DNA from: an uncultured Spirochaetota bacterium
GTDB taxonomy: Bacteria > Spirochaetota > Spirochaetia > SZUA-6 > Fen-1364
Direction: 5' to 3'
DNA: 64,000 nt
Assembly: GCA_963734545.1 (NCBI GenBank)
Contig: CAVTHO010000007.1
Coordinates: 32,001 to 96,000 of the forward strand
Position 1 is the first letter of the stretch; each line of letters starts with the position of its first letter. Positions 9,478 to 20,798 of the stretch are shown here, piece by piece. The position numbers were made by a program, and so were the translations under genes. The notes beneath the pieces were generated by a model. The model ran no database searches. It saw only the letters and a list, made by a program, of their open reading frames with translations, and was not told the origin of the DNA.

Positions 9478-10930
9478 CATAGACTGCCTGCCCCTGCAGA
9501 TTCTTCTGAAAGACAACCCCGCGTGGAAAGGAACGCCTGTCGCCGTAACGAAAGATGAGAGGCCGCAGAGCCCCATTCTCGCCTTGAATCGCCAGGCCCG
9601 GGAGAAGGGACTGGCAGCCGGCATGTCATACGCGAGCGCCCTTTCGCTCGTTCCGGACCTGCGGGCTCGGGCAGTTCCTCAAGGCCGGGTCGTGGAGGCT
9701 CGGGAGCGTGTTGTCAGCCTGCTCTCGGCCTTCACCCCGGACATCGAGCCTTGTCCCTTCGACACGGATGCGCTCTGGGTGTCCGTGGATGGGCTTCGAT
9801 CTCTGTTTGCCTCCGAGTCCCTCTGGATCGAGAAGGTATGCGGCGTCCTTGCCGCAGAGGGCTTCCCGGCAAGCGTGGTGCTCGGGTTCACCCGTTTCGG
9901 GACCTACGCAATTGCCCGCGCAAGGTCGCGCTCCATGGCGTTCGCATCCCCGAAAGAGGAATACGCGCTCATGAGCCGGTCCTCAATAGACATCCTTCCT
10001 CTCTCGCACAAGGCAAGGAGCACGCTCCGCAAGCTCGAGGTCCGCACCGTGCAGCAGTTCGTATCGCTTCCGGAGGGAGAGACCATGCGGCGCTTCGGGA
10101 AGGAAGCGGCGCGTCTCCGCCAGGCCATCCTCTCGGATGACCTGCTCCCCATACAGCCGCTCGCCATGAAGGAGACGGCGCCCTGCAAGCGGCACCTCGA
10201 TGCTCCTCTATCGGATCTCAACCTGCTCATGCCGCACATCGACGAGCTTCTCACTATAGAGGCAGGGCGCGTGGAGAAAGAGAGGGCTGTGATCTCCGGT
10301 CTCACCCTCATTCTGCGCACGGAGGAAGGAGAGATCAGCACCGACGTTATCCGTCCCGCCGTGCCCACGCTTAGGACCCATCTCCTGCGGCGTCTCATCC
10401 AGCTTCGGCTCTCCGCGCGGCAGATTTCATCGGGAGTGGAGGATATCGAGCTCCGCTCCGACCGGGCGGTGCCGTCGCGGGGGCAGGAGGAACTATTCAC
10501 TGTTCGGGCCCGTGACCTGCGGGCGGGCGCCCATGCGTTTGCCGCAATCAGGGCGCGCTTCGGCAATGACGCGGTGAGCTGCGCACAACTCACCGATTCT
10601 CATCTTCCTGAGAGCTCTTTCAGATGGGTGCCTCTCCAACGGCCCGCCCTGCCCGCGCCGGGCAGGGAGATGTCCGCGCCAGAGCACGTCGCTTCTGATT
10701 GCCCCACGGCAGTTCGAAGGATACTTTTCGCCCCCAGACAGGCAAAGGGCCTCCATGGGCCGGGTGACATGGCTGAGCCGTTCATCGTGTCCGGTTCCTG
10801 GTGGGGCACGGGAGAAAAGGATGCTCCCTTTCTCCGGCACTACTACTTCCGCGGCTCCCCGGCCGGCATTCTCTGGCTGTTTGTCGACAGGCTCACAGAC
10901 ACCCTCTGGGTGCAGGGCGCCATCGACTGA
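9455..10930 (+). CDS. imuB: ImuB, catalytically inactive Y-family polymerase
   Basis: Y-family-like N-terminus (AREKGLAAGMSYASA, FTPDIE) without catalytic acids; C-terminal GSWW...RHYY...LWLF motif; lies between imuA and dnaE2. Confidence 0.85.
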   Translation: MALLGCISIDCLPLQILLKDNPAWKGTPVAVTKDERPQSPILALNRQAREKGLAAGMSYASALSLVPDLRARAVPQGRVVEARERVVSLLSAFTPDIEPCPFDTDALWVSVDGLRSLFASESLWIEKVCGVLAAEGFPASVVLGFTRFGTYAIARARSRSMAFASPKEEYALMSRSSIDILPLSHKARSTLRKLEVRTVQQFVSLPEGETMRRFGKEAARLRQAILSDDLLPIQPLAMKETAPCKRHLDAPLSDLNLLMPHIDELLTIEAGRVEKERAVISGLTLILRTEEGEISTDVIRPAVPTLRTHLLRRLIQLRLSARQISSGVEDIELRSDRAVPSRGQEELFTVRARDLRAGAHAFAAIRARFGNDAVSCAQLTDSHLPESSFRWVPLQRPALPAPGREMSAPEHVASDCPTAVRRILFAPRQAKGLHGPGDMAEPFIVSGSWWGTGEKDAPFLRHYYFRGSPAGILWLFVDRLTDTLWVQGAID

Positions 10931-10944
10931 ATCCGGTGAAGCCC

Positions 10945-13900
10945 ATGTATGCTCCGCTGTGGTGCAAGAGCAATTTCTCCTTTCTGGAGGGAGCCAGCCA
11001 TCCCGAGGAGCTCGTGGAAACGGCCGCCCGGCTCGGACTTCCCGCCATCGCCATCACGGATCGTAACGGCGTCTATGGGATGGTCAGAGCGTTCGAAGCA
11101 GCCCGGCAGAGCAAAGTGAAGCTCATCACGGGATCGCAGGTTTCCATCGATGATGGCTCATCCGTAGTCCTCCTGGCCCAGGACCGGGCCGGGTATGGCA
11201 GCCTGTGCCGCCTCATATCCCGCGGCCACCTCAGGAGTCCCAAGCCCACGTGCACCGTCTCATGGAAAGAGGTGGCAGAGAGTGCCCGCGGTACCGTCGC
11301 GCTATGGCCCAACGATCCCGTGGACGCGGCCGCTCCTGGCGGCATTCCTCCCTCACAGCGGGAGTCTGGTCTGGGCATTCTGAAGGAAGCATTCGGAGAC
11401 AGGCTCTACGCTGTCGTAGGGCGGCACCGATGGGTGGATGACACAGCCAGAGAGCGCGCCACGAGGGACAGCGCGGCCCGGTTTTCAATACCCCTGGTTG
11501 CGGCCGTCGAAGTCCTGTACCACGTGCCCGACCGGCGGAAGCTTCAGGACGTCCTGGTGTGCATCAGGACCGGGACTACCTTGAGGGAGGCGGGGACAAA
11601 GCTTTGCCCGAACGACGAACATGCCCTCAAGTCTGCGCCATCGTTCCAAGCCCTTTACCGCCAATCCCCCGAGCTGGTCGAGACTTCCCTGGAAGTGGCT
11701 GATCGGTGCCGCTTTTCGTTTGAAGAGCTGGTCTACAAATACCCCGATGAAACCGTCCCGGATGGCTTCACCACGTCAGCCTGGCTCAGGCACCTCACCT
11801 GGGAGGGCGCGAAGAATCGATACCGAGGCGGCATTCCGGAGAGCGCAAAGGCCCTGCTGGAAAAGGAGCTCGCGCTCATCGATGAGCTGGGCTACTGCGG
11901 GTACTTCCTCACGATGTGGGAGCTTGTCCGATTCTGCCGGGAGAAGGGCATCATCTGCCAGGGGAGAGGATCAGCGGCAAACTCCGTTGTCTGCTACTGC
12001 CTGGGGGTCACATCGGTTGACCCCGTGCAGATGAACCTGCTCTTCGAGCGTTTTCTGTCCCGCGAGAGGGCAGAGCCTCCCGACATCGACCTCGACATCG
12101 AGCACAATCGGCGGGAAGAGGTCATCCAGCACATGTACCGGAAGTATGGCAGGGACCGGGCCGCCATGGTGGCGAACGTGGTTCGCTATCGCAAGAGGTC
12201 CGCGGTCAGGGAAGTGGGAAAAGTATTCGGAATTCCCGAGACCGCGCTTGACCATTGCGCCAGGCTTCTGCCGCACTGGGACGGCAACCTGGAAGCGGTG
12301 TTCACGGAAGCGGGGCTGGACCTTCCCGAGGGCCTTCTTGGACACATGGTTGCGCTGACAAAGGAGATCGTGGGCTTTCCTCGCCACCTGTCCATCCATC
12401 CGGGCGGCTTCCTCCTCGGCAGCGAGCCGGTGGATACCATCGTGCCCATAGAGAACGCCACCATGCAGGACCGCACCGTTATTCAGTGGGACAAGACGGA
12501 TATCGAGACCATGAACCTCTTCAAGGTCGATCTTCTCGGCCTCGGCGCGCTGACCCATCTCGACTACGCCTTCCGATTGTTGAAGAGCCACTACGGCACG
12601 GATCTTTCCCTGGCCACAATCCCGCCGGATGACCCCGCCGTGTTCGACATGACCTGCCGCGCCGACACGGTCGGCGTGTTCCAGATCGAAAGCAGGGCGC
12701 AGATGGCGATGCTTCCTCGCCTGAGGCCGCGCAACTACTACGACCTCGTCATCGAGGTCAGTCTCGTTCGTCCCGGTCCGATCACGGGAGGCATGGTGCA
12801 TCCCTACCTCAGGAGGCGCGCGGGGAAGGAGGCGGTCACCTACGCGCATCCGAGCCTCGAGCCGGTTCTCAAGAAGACGCTGGGCATCCCCTTGTTCCAG
12901 GAGCAGGTGATGAAGCTCGCAGTCGTAGCGGCGGACTACACTCCCGGCGAGGCGGACCAGCTTCGCCGGGACATGGCGGCATGGAAGCAGCGCGGCAGGA
13001 TCGAGCAGCATCATGACCGCCTCGTCACCCGCATGGTTGCCAAGGGCATCGAGCCCGAGTTCGCCGAAAGGGTCTTCAGCCAGATCCTCGGGTTCGGCGA
13101 GTACGGGTTTCCCGAGTCGCACGCCGCGAGCTTCGCCCTGATTGCTTATGCAACGGCCTACGTCAAGCACCACTTTCCCGTCGTGTTCGCATGCGCGCTG
13201 CTGAACGCGTGGCCGTTCGGGTTCTATTCTCCTGCCACCGTGATCGACGACTCGAAGCGTCACAAGGTAAGATTCCTTCCCATCGACATTCTTCGAAGCG
13301 AATGGGACTGCACGCTGGAGCGGCTGCCGGGGATGTCCGATTGCGCACGTGAGTACGGCGTTCGCGCCGAACGGGTACGGCCTTCGGGCCGAGCGCGTAC
13401 TCGCGCACTCCCGTATGCCGTTCGTATCGGCCTGCGCTACGTCAAAGGGCTCGGAGAGGGAGACTGGGCGCGCATCCAGGCATGGCGCGTCAGCGGGCGC
13501 ATCTCCACCTTGTCGGACTTCACGTCCCTGTGCAGGCTCCCCGTTGATTCCATGGAGCGCCTCGCGGAGGTGGGAGCCTTTGACTGCCTTGACCGGGAAC
13601 GCCGTGAAGCGCTCTGGGGGGTGCTGGATCGGACTGAGCACCCCACGAGCCTGCTCGTGGGAGATTTCGAGCAGATGCCGTCATTTCGCTCGCTGAGCGC
13701 TGCAGAGGAAGTCTCGTGGGACTACCTTGCATCGGACCAGAGCCCGCGAGGGCACTTGATGGAGCAGTTCCGCCCGTCTCTGGAAAAGCAGGGTCTTCCA
13801 GACGCCGCCGCCGTTTCCCGGATGAAGCACGGCAGGAAGGTTTCTCTTGCCGGATGTGCCATATGCCGGCAGATGCCCGGCACCGCTGCCGGCGTGCTCT

Positions 13901-14121
13901 TCATGACGCTGGAGGATGAATCGGGTTTCGCCAATCTCGTGGTCTGGGAGAAGGTCTTCAAGGAGTACCGCACGTTGATTCTGACCAGCTGGCTGCTGGG
14001 GGTCACGGGACGACTGCAGGCAGCGGAGGGAGTGGTCCACATAATCGCGGAGTCCTTCTGGAGACCTGACTTCGCTTCGGAGGAACGGAGAATCACTCCC
14101 TCAAGCCACGATTTCAGGTAG
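10945..14121 (+). CDS. dnaE2: Error-prone DNA polymerase III alpha (DnaE2/ImuC)
   Basis: [18 protein letters not shown] start, [26 protein letters not shown], and C-terminal SHDFR typical of DnaE2. Confidence 0.97.
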   Translation: MYAPLWCKSNFSFLEGASHPEELVETAARLGLPAIAITDRNGVYGMVRAFEAARQSKVKLITGSQVSIDDGSSVVLLAQDRAGYGSLCRLISRGHLRSPKPTCTVSWKEVAESARGTVALWPNDPVDAAAPGGIPPSQRESGLGILKEAFGDRLYAVVGRHRWVDDTARERATRDSAARFSIPLVAAVEVLYHVPDRRKLQDVLVCIRTGTTLREAGTKLCPNDEHALKSAPSFQALYRQSPELVETSLEVADRCRFSFEELVYKYPDETVPDGFTTSAWLRHLTWEGAKNRYRGGIPESAKALLEKELALIDELGYCGYFLTMWELVRFCREKGIICQGRGSAANSVVCYCLGVTSVDPVQMNLLFERFLSRERAEPPDIDLDIEHNRREEVIQHMYRKYGRDRAAMVANVVRYRKRSAVREVGKVFGIPETALDHCARLLPHWDGNLEAVFTEAGLDLPEGLLGHMVALTKEIVGFPRHLSIHPGGFLLGSEPVDTIVPIENATMQDRTVIQWDKTDIETMNLFKVDLLGLGALTHLDYAFRLLKSHYGTDLSLATIPPDDPAVFDMTCRADTVGVFQIESRAQMAMLPRLRPRNYYDLVIEVSLVRPGPITGGMVHPYLRRRAGKEAVTYAHPSLEPVLKKTLGIPLFQEQVMKLAVVAADYTPGEADQLRRDMAAWKQRGRIEQHHDRLVTRMVAKGIEPEFAERVFSQILGFGEYGFPESHAASFALIAYATAYVKHHFPVVFACALLNAWPFGFYSPATVIDDSKRHKVRFLPIDILRSEWDCTLERLPGMSDCAREYGVRAERVRPSGRARTRALPYAVRIGLRYVKGLGEGDWARIQAWRVSGRISTLSDFTSLCRLPVDSMERLAEVGAFDCLDRERREALWGVLDRTEHPTSLLVGDFEQMPSFRSLSAAEEVSWDYLASDQSPRGHLMEQFRPSLEKQGLPDAAAVSRMKHGRKVSLAGCAICRQMPGTAAGVLFMTLEDESGFANLVVWEKVFKEYRTLILTSWLLGVTGRLQAAEGVVHIIAESFWRPDFASEERRITPSSHDFR
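13342..13407. repeat. Palindromic GAGTAC...GTACTC element in frame within dnaE2
   Basis: Outer arms TGCGC(acgt)GAGTACG / CGTACTCGCGCA enclose two inner hairpins. Shares GAGTACGCGCT and terminal GTACTC with 62615-62644. Confidence 0.5.
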
Positions 14122-14809
14122 GGCCATTCTCCCGTTCCCGGGGCAGACCTTTCAGACCAGCAAGCGCCTCACCGCAGGCGGACGCGAGCCCTGCGGCCCC
14201 TGTGACGGTCATGCGCAGGTCCCGCAGGAGTCCATCGCTGATCGCGTAGATCCAGGCATGGACCGAAAGGACCTGACCCCGGTCCCATGCCTGCTGGACA
14301 ACGGTGGTCTGCGCCGCGTTCATTGCCTGCTCGATCACGTTCAGCTCGCAGAGGCGGCGAAGCCGCTCCTCCGGGTCCTTGTGAGCAGCCATGAGAGCGC
14401 CGTGCTTTTTCTCCACATCCTGGATGTGCCTGAGCCAGTTGTCGATCAACCCCAGCGTGCGGTTGGCGTGGGCCGCTGCCACGCCGCCGCAGCCATAGTG
14501 ACCGCAGATGATCACGTGCTCGACACGCAGCTCGTCCACGGCGTACTGGAGCACGGACAGGCAGTTGAGGTCGGTGTGGATCACCATGTTGGCCACATTG
14601 CGATGGACGAAAAGCTCTCCCGGCCGCAGTCCCACGATCTCATTTGCAGGGACACGGCTGTCCGAGCAGCCTATCCACAGGTAGCGCGGGCGCTGCTGAA
14701 GGGCAAGAGACGAAAAGAAGGAAGGGTCTTCTGCCGTGATCCGGGCTGCCCATTCCCGATTGTTACTGAGGAGATCATCCATTTCAGCCATGCTCTTGAA
14801 TGTAGTCAT
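14114..14809 (-). CDS. can: Beta-class carbonic anhydrase (Can-like)
   Basis: [18 protein letters not shown] and GHYGCGG Zn-ligand motifs. Confidence 0.95.
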   Translation of the reverse strand: MTTFKSMAEMDDLLSNNREWAARITAEDPSFFSSLALQQRPRYLWIGCSDSRVPANEIVGLRPGELFVHRNVANMVIHTDLNCLSVLQYAVDELRVEHVIICGHYGCGGVAAAHANRTLGLIDNWLRHIQDVEKKHGALMAAHKDPEERLRRLCELNVIEQAMNAAQTTVVQQAWDRGQVLSVHAWIYAISDGLLRDLRMTVTGAAGLASACGEALAGLKGLPRERENGPT

Positions 14810-14856
14810 GGCCCGGCGCGCGGGCTACGACCATGCTATACTCCCGGCATCCGCCT

Positions 14857-15840
14857 ATGACCCTCCTGGACGAGTTTTCAGCAGCAATCGAGTCCCCTGA
14901 CTTCATCAAGCCATTTCTGCATTTCTTCGCGACGCAGGAAGAGATGAAGCTCGTGGTCCGGATAGGGCGGGCGGGGGGGCGTTCGGCACCCTCGACCGTC
15001 GAGGAGGCTTTGCTGGATCGGGTGTACAAGCGGCATCTGCTGGACAGGGAAGGGAGCGACGGCTCCTTCTCCTATAAGGCAGGCGATTTTTACGATATCT
15101 TGAAGCACTTCGCGCTTTTCGGCAACTATCATGTCATCCCCCAGCCCGTGCGGCGGCAGCTCGATGCCTGGGATTTTGCAGAATATCTGGGACGAAACGA
15201 CAACTTCAGGAAGGTCATCGATACACGTCCCGATTACGACGCCTGTCACAACGAATGGGTGCTCCTCGCGAGCGAAGTGGAGGAGATGATCGACGCGGCC
15301 ACGGCAATCCGGCTCCTCCCCTGTGACTGCAAGATGCTGGCGGACAACTGCACCCATTCTCGCGAGATCTGCCTCATCCTCGACCGACGGCTCATCTCCG
15401 ACCGCACCGGCGGAAGAGATCTCGGCCGGCATGAGGCAAAGCAGCTCATCAGCAGCCTGGAGAAGGAAGGCTTGATGCACACCGGTGGGCCGCCGAACTG
15501 GAGGGAGGCCGGTCCCAGCGTCGTCTGCAACTGCTGCGGGTGCTGCTGCTACCCCTTCAAGGCTTCCCGCCTGCTGGGCGCCAAGGGGAAATGGCCGCGG
15601 TCGCGCTACGTTGCATCGCATGACGCCGCTCTCTGCTCTTCCTGCGGCACGTGCGTGAAGAGATGCTATTTCGGTGCCTTCAGCTTCTCATCAGACACTG
15701 CCGAAGCGGCAGCCGGACGTCGCGTCACCTTCGATCCTCGGCTCTGCTGGGGCTGCGGCATCTGCGCGAGCGCCTGCCCTGCTCACGCAATTCGCATGGC
15801 GGCAATCCCCGCGTTCGGCAGTCCGCCCGTCGTGGCGTGA
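14857..15840 (+). CDS. 4Fe-4S dicluster domain protein with Cys-rich N-terminal region
   Basis: CSSCGTCVKRC and CWGCGICASACP, plus PCDCK and VCNCCGCCC. Confidence 0.8.
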   Translation: MTLLDEFSAAIESPDFIKPFLHFFATQEEMKLVVRIGRAGGRSAPSTVEEALLDRVYKRHLLDREGSDGSFSYKAGDFYDILKHFALFGNYHVIPQPVRRQLDAWDFAEYLGRNDNFRKVIDTRPDYDACHNEWVLLASEVEEMIDAATAIRLLPCDCKMLADNCTHSREICLILDRRLISDRTGGRDLGRHEAKQLISSLEKEGLMHTGGPPNWREAGPSVVCNCCGCCCYPFKASRLLGAKGKWPRSRYVASHDAALCSSCGTCVKRCYFGAFSFSSDTAEAAAGRRVTFDPRLCWGCGICASACPAHAIRMAAIPAFGSPPVVA

Positions 15841-15868
15841 GCTCCGTCATTCCCGCGTTGCGCGTGCG

Positions 15869-15897
15869 TTGACTGAAACTCCCTGCCCATGTATGGT
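15869..15897 (+). promoter_or_regulatory. Sigma70 promoter of the NDP-sugar cluster
   Basis: TTGACT-17 bp-TATGGT. Confidence 0.5.
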
Positions 15898-15956
15898 GGG
15901 GCAAACCGAGCCGCCCGGCACGCGCGCCAGAGGATTTCGAAGGAGAACATGACCGA

Positions 15957-17177
15957 ATGAGCACTTGTCTGATATGCAGGAACCCGATGGATCCTTTCAT
16001 GTCCTTCGGCAGGATGCCGATTGCGAACGGTTTCCTGAAGGAGCCTGATTTCCCCACGGAGTTCTTCTTCGAGCTCAAGGTCGGCCACTGCCCGTCGTGC
16101 CACATGGTGCAGCTCACGGAGCTCGTCGACCCGTCAAAGCTTTTCCACGAAAACTACGCGTATTTCTCATCGATCTCCACCCGCATGGCGAATCATTTCA
16201 GGGATTTCGCCGCGGACGTGAAGGCCCGCTATCTTCCCTCCCCCGACCCCCTGGTCGCAGAGATCGGCAGCAACGATGGGATCATGCTGAAGCATTTCGC
16301 TTCGGACGGGATCAGGCACGTCGGAATCGAGCCGTCCGCCAACGTGGCCAAGGCGGCAATCGACCAGGGGACCAGGACTGTGGTCAGGTTTTTCGACGAG
16401 CAGGCGGGCATCGATTTGGCGCGCGAGTACGGCCAGGCGGACGCCTTTCTGGGCGCGAACGTAATCTGCCATGTCCCCGACATCCATTCCGTGATTCGGG
16501 GCATCCTGCATTTCCTGAAGGACGACGGCGTCTTCATCTTCCAGGAGCCGTACCTTGGAGATATCCTCGAAAAGACCTCCTATGACCAGATCTATGACGA
16601 GCACTACTTCTACTTCTCGCTGACTTCGCTGGAGAGCCTTTTCGGCCGCTACGAAATGGAGATCGTCGATATCTCCCACCAGAACGTCCACGGCGGCTCG
16701 ATGAGATACGTCGTGGCTCGAAAAGGCAGACGCGAAGTGAGCCAGGCGGTGCGGAACCAGATGCGTCGTGAAACGGATCTCGGCATGCAGAAGCCCGAAG
16801 CCTACGACAATCTGAAGAAGAACATCATGAGGTCCCGTGACGAGCTGGTTGCGCTTCTGAAAAGGCTGAAGAGCTCGGGCAGGCGCGTGACGGGATACGG
16901 AGCTACCTCGAAGAGCACAACGGTGACCAACTTCTGCGGGATCGGCCCCGACCTCATCGAGTTCATCAGCGACACGACGCCGGGAAAACAGGGGACCTGG
17001 AGCCCGGGAGCGCATATTCCCGTGGTGCCGTACCAAAGATTCCAGGAGCGCTATCCCGACTACGCCCTCCTCTTCGCCTGGAACCATGGCGAAGAGATCA
17101 TGGAAAAGGAAGCTGCATTCAAGAAGGCCGGCGGGAAGTTCATCGTGTACGTCCCGAAGGTGAAGATTGCGGAGTAG
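15957..17177 (+). CDS. NDP-hexose C-methyltransferase (SAM-dependent, Zn-binding)
   Basis: N-terminal CLIC...CPSC Zn site; EIGSNDG SAM motif; YDQIYDEH; HGGSMR; GYGATSKSTT; LFAWNH. Confidence 0.9.
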   Translation: MSTCLICRNPMDPFMSFGRMPIANGFLKEPDFPTEFFFELKVGHCPSCHMVQLTELVDPSKLFHENYAYFSSISTRMANHFRDFAADVKARYLPSPDPLVAEIGSNDGIMLKHFASDGIRHVGIEPSANVAKAAIDQGTRTVVRFFDEQAGIDLAREYGQADAFLGANVICHVPDIHSVIRGILHFLKDDGVFIFQEPYLGDILEKTSYDQIYDEHYFYFSLTSLESLFGRYEMEIVDISHQNVHGGSMRYVVARKGRREVSQAVRNQMRRETDLGMQKPEAYDNLKKNIMRSRDELVALLKRLKSSGRRVTGYGATSKSTTVTNFCGIGPDLIEFISDTTPGKQGTWSPGAHIPVVPYQRFQERYPDYALLFAWNHGEEIMEKEAAFKKAGGKFIVYVPKVKIAE

Positions 17178-17183
17178 CGCGGA

Positions 17184-18291
17184 ATGATTCTCTGCAGCAA
17201 CCCGAAGGCCCAGTATCTCTCGCACAAAGAAGAGATCGATTCCCGAATCCTCTCCATCCTCGACGGGGGTTCCTACATCAATGGGGGGGAAGTGAGGGCT
17301 TTCGAAAACGAGTTTGCCGGCTGACATAGGGTGCACCTTCGGGATCGGGTGTGGAAACGGGACCGACGCCCTGTGCCTGGCAATTGCGGCGTGCGGCATC
17401 GGACCCGGAGATGAGGTGATCACCGTCTCCCACACGGCGGTGGCAACAGTGGCCGCGATCGAGATGGCGGGTGCGACGCCGGTCCTTGTCGACATAGACC
17501 GCTCCTCGTTCACGATGAGCGTTGAGCGCCTCGAGGACGCGGTGACAGCAAGAACGAAAGCCGTGATCCCTGTGCATCTCTACGGGCAACCGGCGGATCT
17601 CGACGCCCTCGTCGCCTTTGCCAGGAGGCACGGCATCCGTCTGATAGAGGATTGCGCGCAGGCCCACGGGGCCGTGTACAAGGGCAGGCGGGTCGGCGCT
17701 TTCGGCGATGCCTCCTGCTTCAGCTTCTACCCGACGAAGAACCTCGGCGCTCTTGGAGACGGCGGGATGGTCGTCACGAGTGATGCCGCGCTCGCGGAGA
17801 AGGCGCGCGCGCTGCGCGAATACGGCTGGCGGCAGAGATACGTGAGCGAGATTCCCGGCAGGAACTCCCGCCTGGACGAGGTCCAGGCCGGAGTCCTGAG
17901 GGTCAAGCTGCAGTACCTTGACCAGGACAATGAACGGCGGAGAGGGGTCGCATCGCAGTATGCGAACGACCTGCAGGACAACGGGTTGGTTCTGCCCGCT
18001 GCGGGAGCGGGCACGACACCCGTGTACCATCTCTACGTGGTCCGCTCTGCGCGGAGGGACCAGCTTCAGGCGCACCTTCGCGAACGCTCCTGCCTGCCGC
18101 TCGTCCACTACCCCGTTCCCATCCACCTCCAGCCCGCGTATCGAGGGAAGCTTGCGGGGAGCGACCGGCTTCCGGAGACGGAACGCGCGGCGGCGGAAGT
18201 TCTTTCTCTGCCGATGTATCCGGAGCTCGACCCGCAGGAGATCCGGCAGGTAATCGACAGCGTCCGGCTTTTTGGAAGAGGGCGCGGATGA
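17184..18291 (+). CDS. DegT/DnrJ/EryC1/StrS sugar aminotransferase (one +1 frameshift at ~17323)
   Basis: MILCSNPKAQY...FENEFAG joins (Y)IGCTFGIGCGNGTDAL after removing one base; IEDCAQAHG; SFYPTKNLG PLP lysine. Confidence 0.9.
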
Positions 18292-18743
18292 TCGACGGTG
18301 TCCTGTTCAAGGAACTGACGACGCACGCGGATGATCGGGGTTTCTTCCGGGAAATCCTCCGACACACGGACGGGTTCTTCGCCGAAGGTTTTGGTCAGGC
18401 CAGCCAATCGCTCGTGTACCAGGGAGTCGTGAAGGCCTGGCACCTGCACAATGTGCAAAGCCAGTGGACCTGCGTGATCAGCGGGCTCCTGAAGGTCGCG
18501 CTGCACGATACCCGCCGCCAATCTCCCACCTTCCGCGAGACAATGGAGTTTCTCACCGGCGACAACCAGCCCCCGCTCGTCTACAAGTTCCCCCCGGGCG
18601 TCGCCCACGGCTACGTCTGCCTCAACGGGCCGGCACATGTTCTCTATTTCACGTCGGGTGTCTATGACCTGTCGGACGAGGTACGGCTCAGCCACGACGA
18701 CCCCTCCATTGGCTACGACTGGCTGAAAAAGGTCATCCGCTGA
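18288..18743 (+). CDS. dTDP-4-dehydrorhamnose 3,5-epimerase family (RmlC cupin)
   Basis: DDRGFFRE, KAWHLH, PPGVAHG, DDPSIGYDW. Confidence 0.85.
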   Translation: MIDGVLFKELTTHADDRGFFREILRHTDGFFAEGFGQASQSLVYQGVVKAWHLHNVQSQWTCVISGLLKVALHDTRRQSPTFRETMEFLTGDNQPPLVYKFPPGVAHGYVCLNGPAHVLYFTSGVYDLSDEVRLSHDDPSIGYDWLKKVIR

Positions 18744-18769
18744 GGAAGGGCGGTGAGAAACGAATAGTC

Positions 18770-19760
18770 ATGACTGACCATCAGGGCCTCCGCGGCAGGA
18801 GAATTCTCATTACCGGCGGCGCCGGGTATCTCGCGACGACCATTGTTTCGGTGCTCAAGGACGTGAAATGCACCGTGGTGCGGCTGGACCGCGCGGAGGG
18901 AAAGTTCCCCGGCGTTGAGGGAGAGGCGGAAACAGTCGACATCACGGCCGACATTCGCGAGGGAAACACCTGGAACGATGTACTGCGAGGTGTCGACATC
19001 GTTCTCCACCTTGCCGCCCAGACAAGCGTGTACACGGCGAAAAATGACCCGATCCAGGATTGGGGGATCAACGTTCAACCCATGATCTCCCTGCTCGAGG
19101 CCTGCCGGGCACACGATCACCATCCCGTCGTCGTCTTCGCGGGAACAGCAACCGAATGGGGAATTCCGCAGAAATTACCGGTGGACGAGTCGGCCCCCGA
19201 TTCTCCGCTGACCGTGTACGATGTCCACAAGTGCCACGCGGAGTCTTACCTGCGCTACTATGCGCAGAAGGGCGTCGTGAGCGGGATCACCCTTCGCCTT
19301 GCCAACGTCTATGGTCCCGGCCCCAAGACCACGGGCAAGGAGAGAGGGGTGATCAACATGATGGTCGGCAGGGCCCTCCGGGGAGAGGCGCTGACGCTGT
19401 ATGAGGGCGGCCGCTTCATCCGGGACTACGTCTACGTGCGGGATGTGGCCGAGGCTTTCGTCCAGGCTGCCCTATCGAACCGCATCCACCGAGGGGAAAA
19501 ATACGTGATCGGCCGGGGAGAGGGGAACACCATCGGGGACGCGGCACGGTACATCGCCGAGGAAGCAATGAAACGAACGGGGAAAAGCGTCGCTCTCCAT
19601 TCCGTGCCGTCCCCTGCCGGCCTCGAGGAGATCGAGAAGCGGGATTTCGTCTCGGATCCCCGGGCTTTCTCCTCACTCACCGGTCTGGCATGCCGAGACC
19701 GGCCTGAGGGACGGAATCGTGAAGACGATCGAATACTACCTCGGTGACGATCCGTCATGA
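18770..19760 (+). CDS. NAD-dependent epimerase/dehydratase (one +1 frameshift at ~19685)
   Basis: ITGGAGYLA, YDVHK, RLANVYGP. Removing one base gives TGWHAETGLRDGIVKTIEYY and a stop that overlaps the next ATG. Confidence 0.85.
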
Positions 19761-20752
19761 GCGTCTCGAGAATGAAAGGAACACACGTTCTCATCACGGG
19801 AGGGTGTGGCTTCATCGGCAGCAACCTCGCCAGGAGGTGCCGCGACGAAGGCGCCGTCGTGACCATCTGCGATGCAATGATACCGGATTCCGGTGCGAAT
19901 CTGCACAATATCGCCGACCTGCGGGGGGATGTGGAGATTCTCGCAACCGATATCCGTGACCGTGAAAGGATGAAAGAGGCTGTCAGCGCCAAGGATGTCA
20001 TCTTCCACTGCGCCGCCCATACCTCGCACATGCAGTCCATGATGAACCCCTTTCTCAATACCGATATCAATTGCAACGGCACTCTCAGCCTGCTGGAGGC
20101 GGTGAGACAGGCGGATGTTCGGGCAAAGGTGGTGCATGTGGGAACCAGCACGCAGGTCGGCCGGATGCTTCATTCGCCGGTTGACGAGACGCACGTGGAG
20201 TTCCCTCTTGATATGTATTCCGCCAACAAGACCGCGGCGGAGAAGTACGTGCACCTGTACGGACACGCGTACGGCATCAGGACCGCAGTCGTAAGGCTGC
20301 CGAATGTATACGGTCCACGCGCGTACATCAAGGGCCCGACGCTCGGCTTCATGAACTATTTCATCGGCCTTGCTCTCCAGGGCAGGGATATTCCGGTGTA
20401 CGGGGACGGAATGCAGAAAAGGAGCGTTCTGTTCGTCGATGACGCGGTTGCCGCGCTGATGGGGGCGGCTGCCGACGAGCAGAGCGATGGGGAGGTATTC
20501 TTCGCGGCTTCGGATCATCACGTGAGCGTGAAGGACGTCGCCCTTGCGATTTCCGAGAGCATTGGCGGAAAAGTCTGTACCGTTCCCTGGACGGCGGATC
20601 GAAAAGGGGTCGAGATTGGAGACGCGGTGATCAGCAATTCCAAGATATCCAGGATGCTGGGTTGGAAGCCCCTTACCGACCTCGAGACGGGATTGAAGAA
20701 GACGAGGGATTTCTACAGCAGCTGTCTGGACAAGTATCTGGACCTTCGATAG
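19757..20752 (+). CDS. NAD-dependent epimerase/dehydratase
   Basis: ITGGCGFIGSNL, YSANK, RLPNVYGP. Confidence 0.9.
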   Translation: MSVSRMKGTHVLITGGCGFIGSNLARRCRDEGAVVTICDAMIPDSGANLHNIADLRGDVEILATDIRDRERMKEAVSAKDVIFHCAAHTSHMQSMMNPFLNTDINCNGTLSLLEAVRQADVRAKVVHVGTSTQVGRMLHSPVDETHVEFPLDMYSANKTAAEKYVHLYGHAYGIRTAVVRLPNVYGPRAYIKGPTLGFMNYFIGLALQGRDIPVYGDGMQKRSVLFVDDAVAALMGAAADEQSDGEVFFAASDHHVSVKDVALAISESIGGKVCTVPWTADRKGVEIGDAVISNSKISRMLGWKPLTDLETGLKKTRDFYSSCLDKYLDLR

Positions 20753-20798
20753 CGAAACAGGTCTCGTGGCAACGACACAGGCGAGCCGGAGGAATGGC

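Noticed and set aside
11971-13641. Long antisense ORFs (for example 556 aa opposite dnaE2, and many similar ones)
   Set aside because: Shadow ORFs expected from high-GC codon bias; no recognisable motifs.
15895-15945. GGGCAAACC resembling the start of a c-di-GMP-I riboswitch before the sugar cluster
   Set aside because: No GAAA-capped P2, no GACGCAAAG and no P3. The motif also overlaps the predicted transcription start of the TTGACT/TATGGT promoter.
15949-15960. AGGAG-led mini-ORF ATG ACC GAA TGA overlapping the methyltransferase ATG
   Set aside because: Could be translational coupling or another indel; too short to support either.
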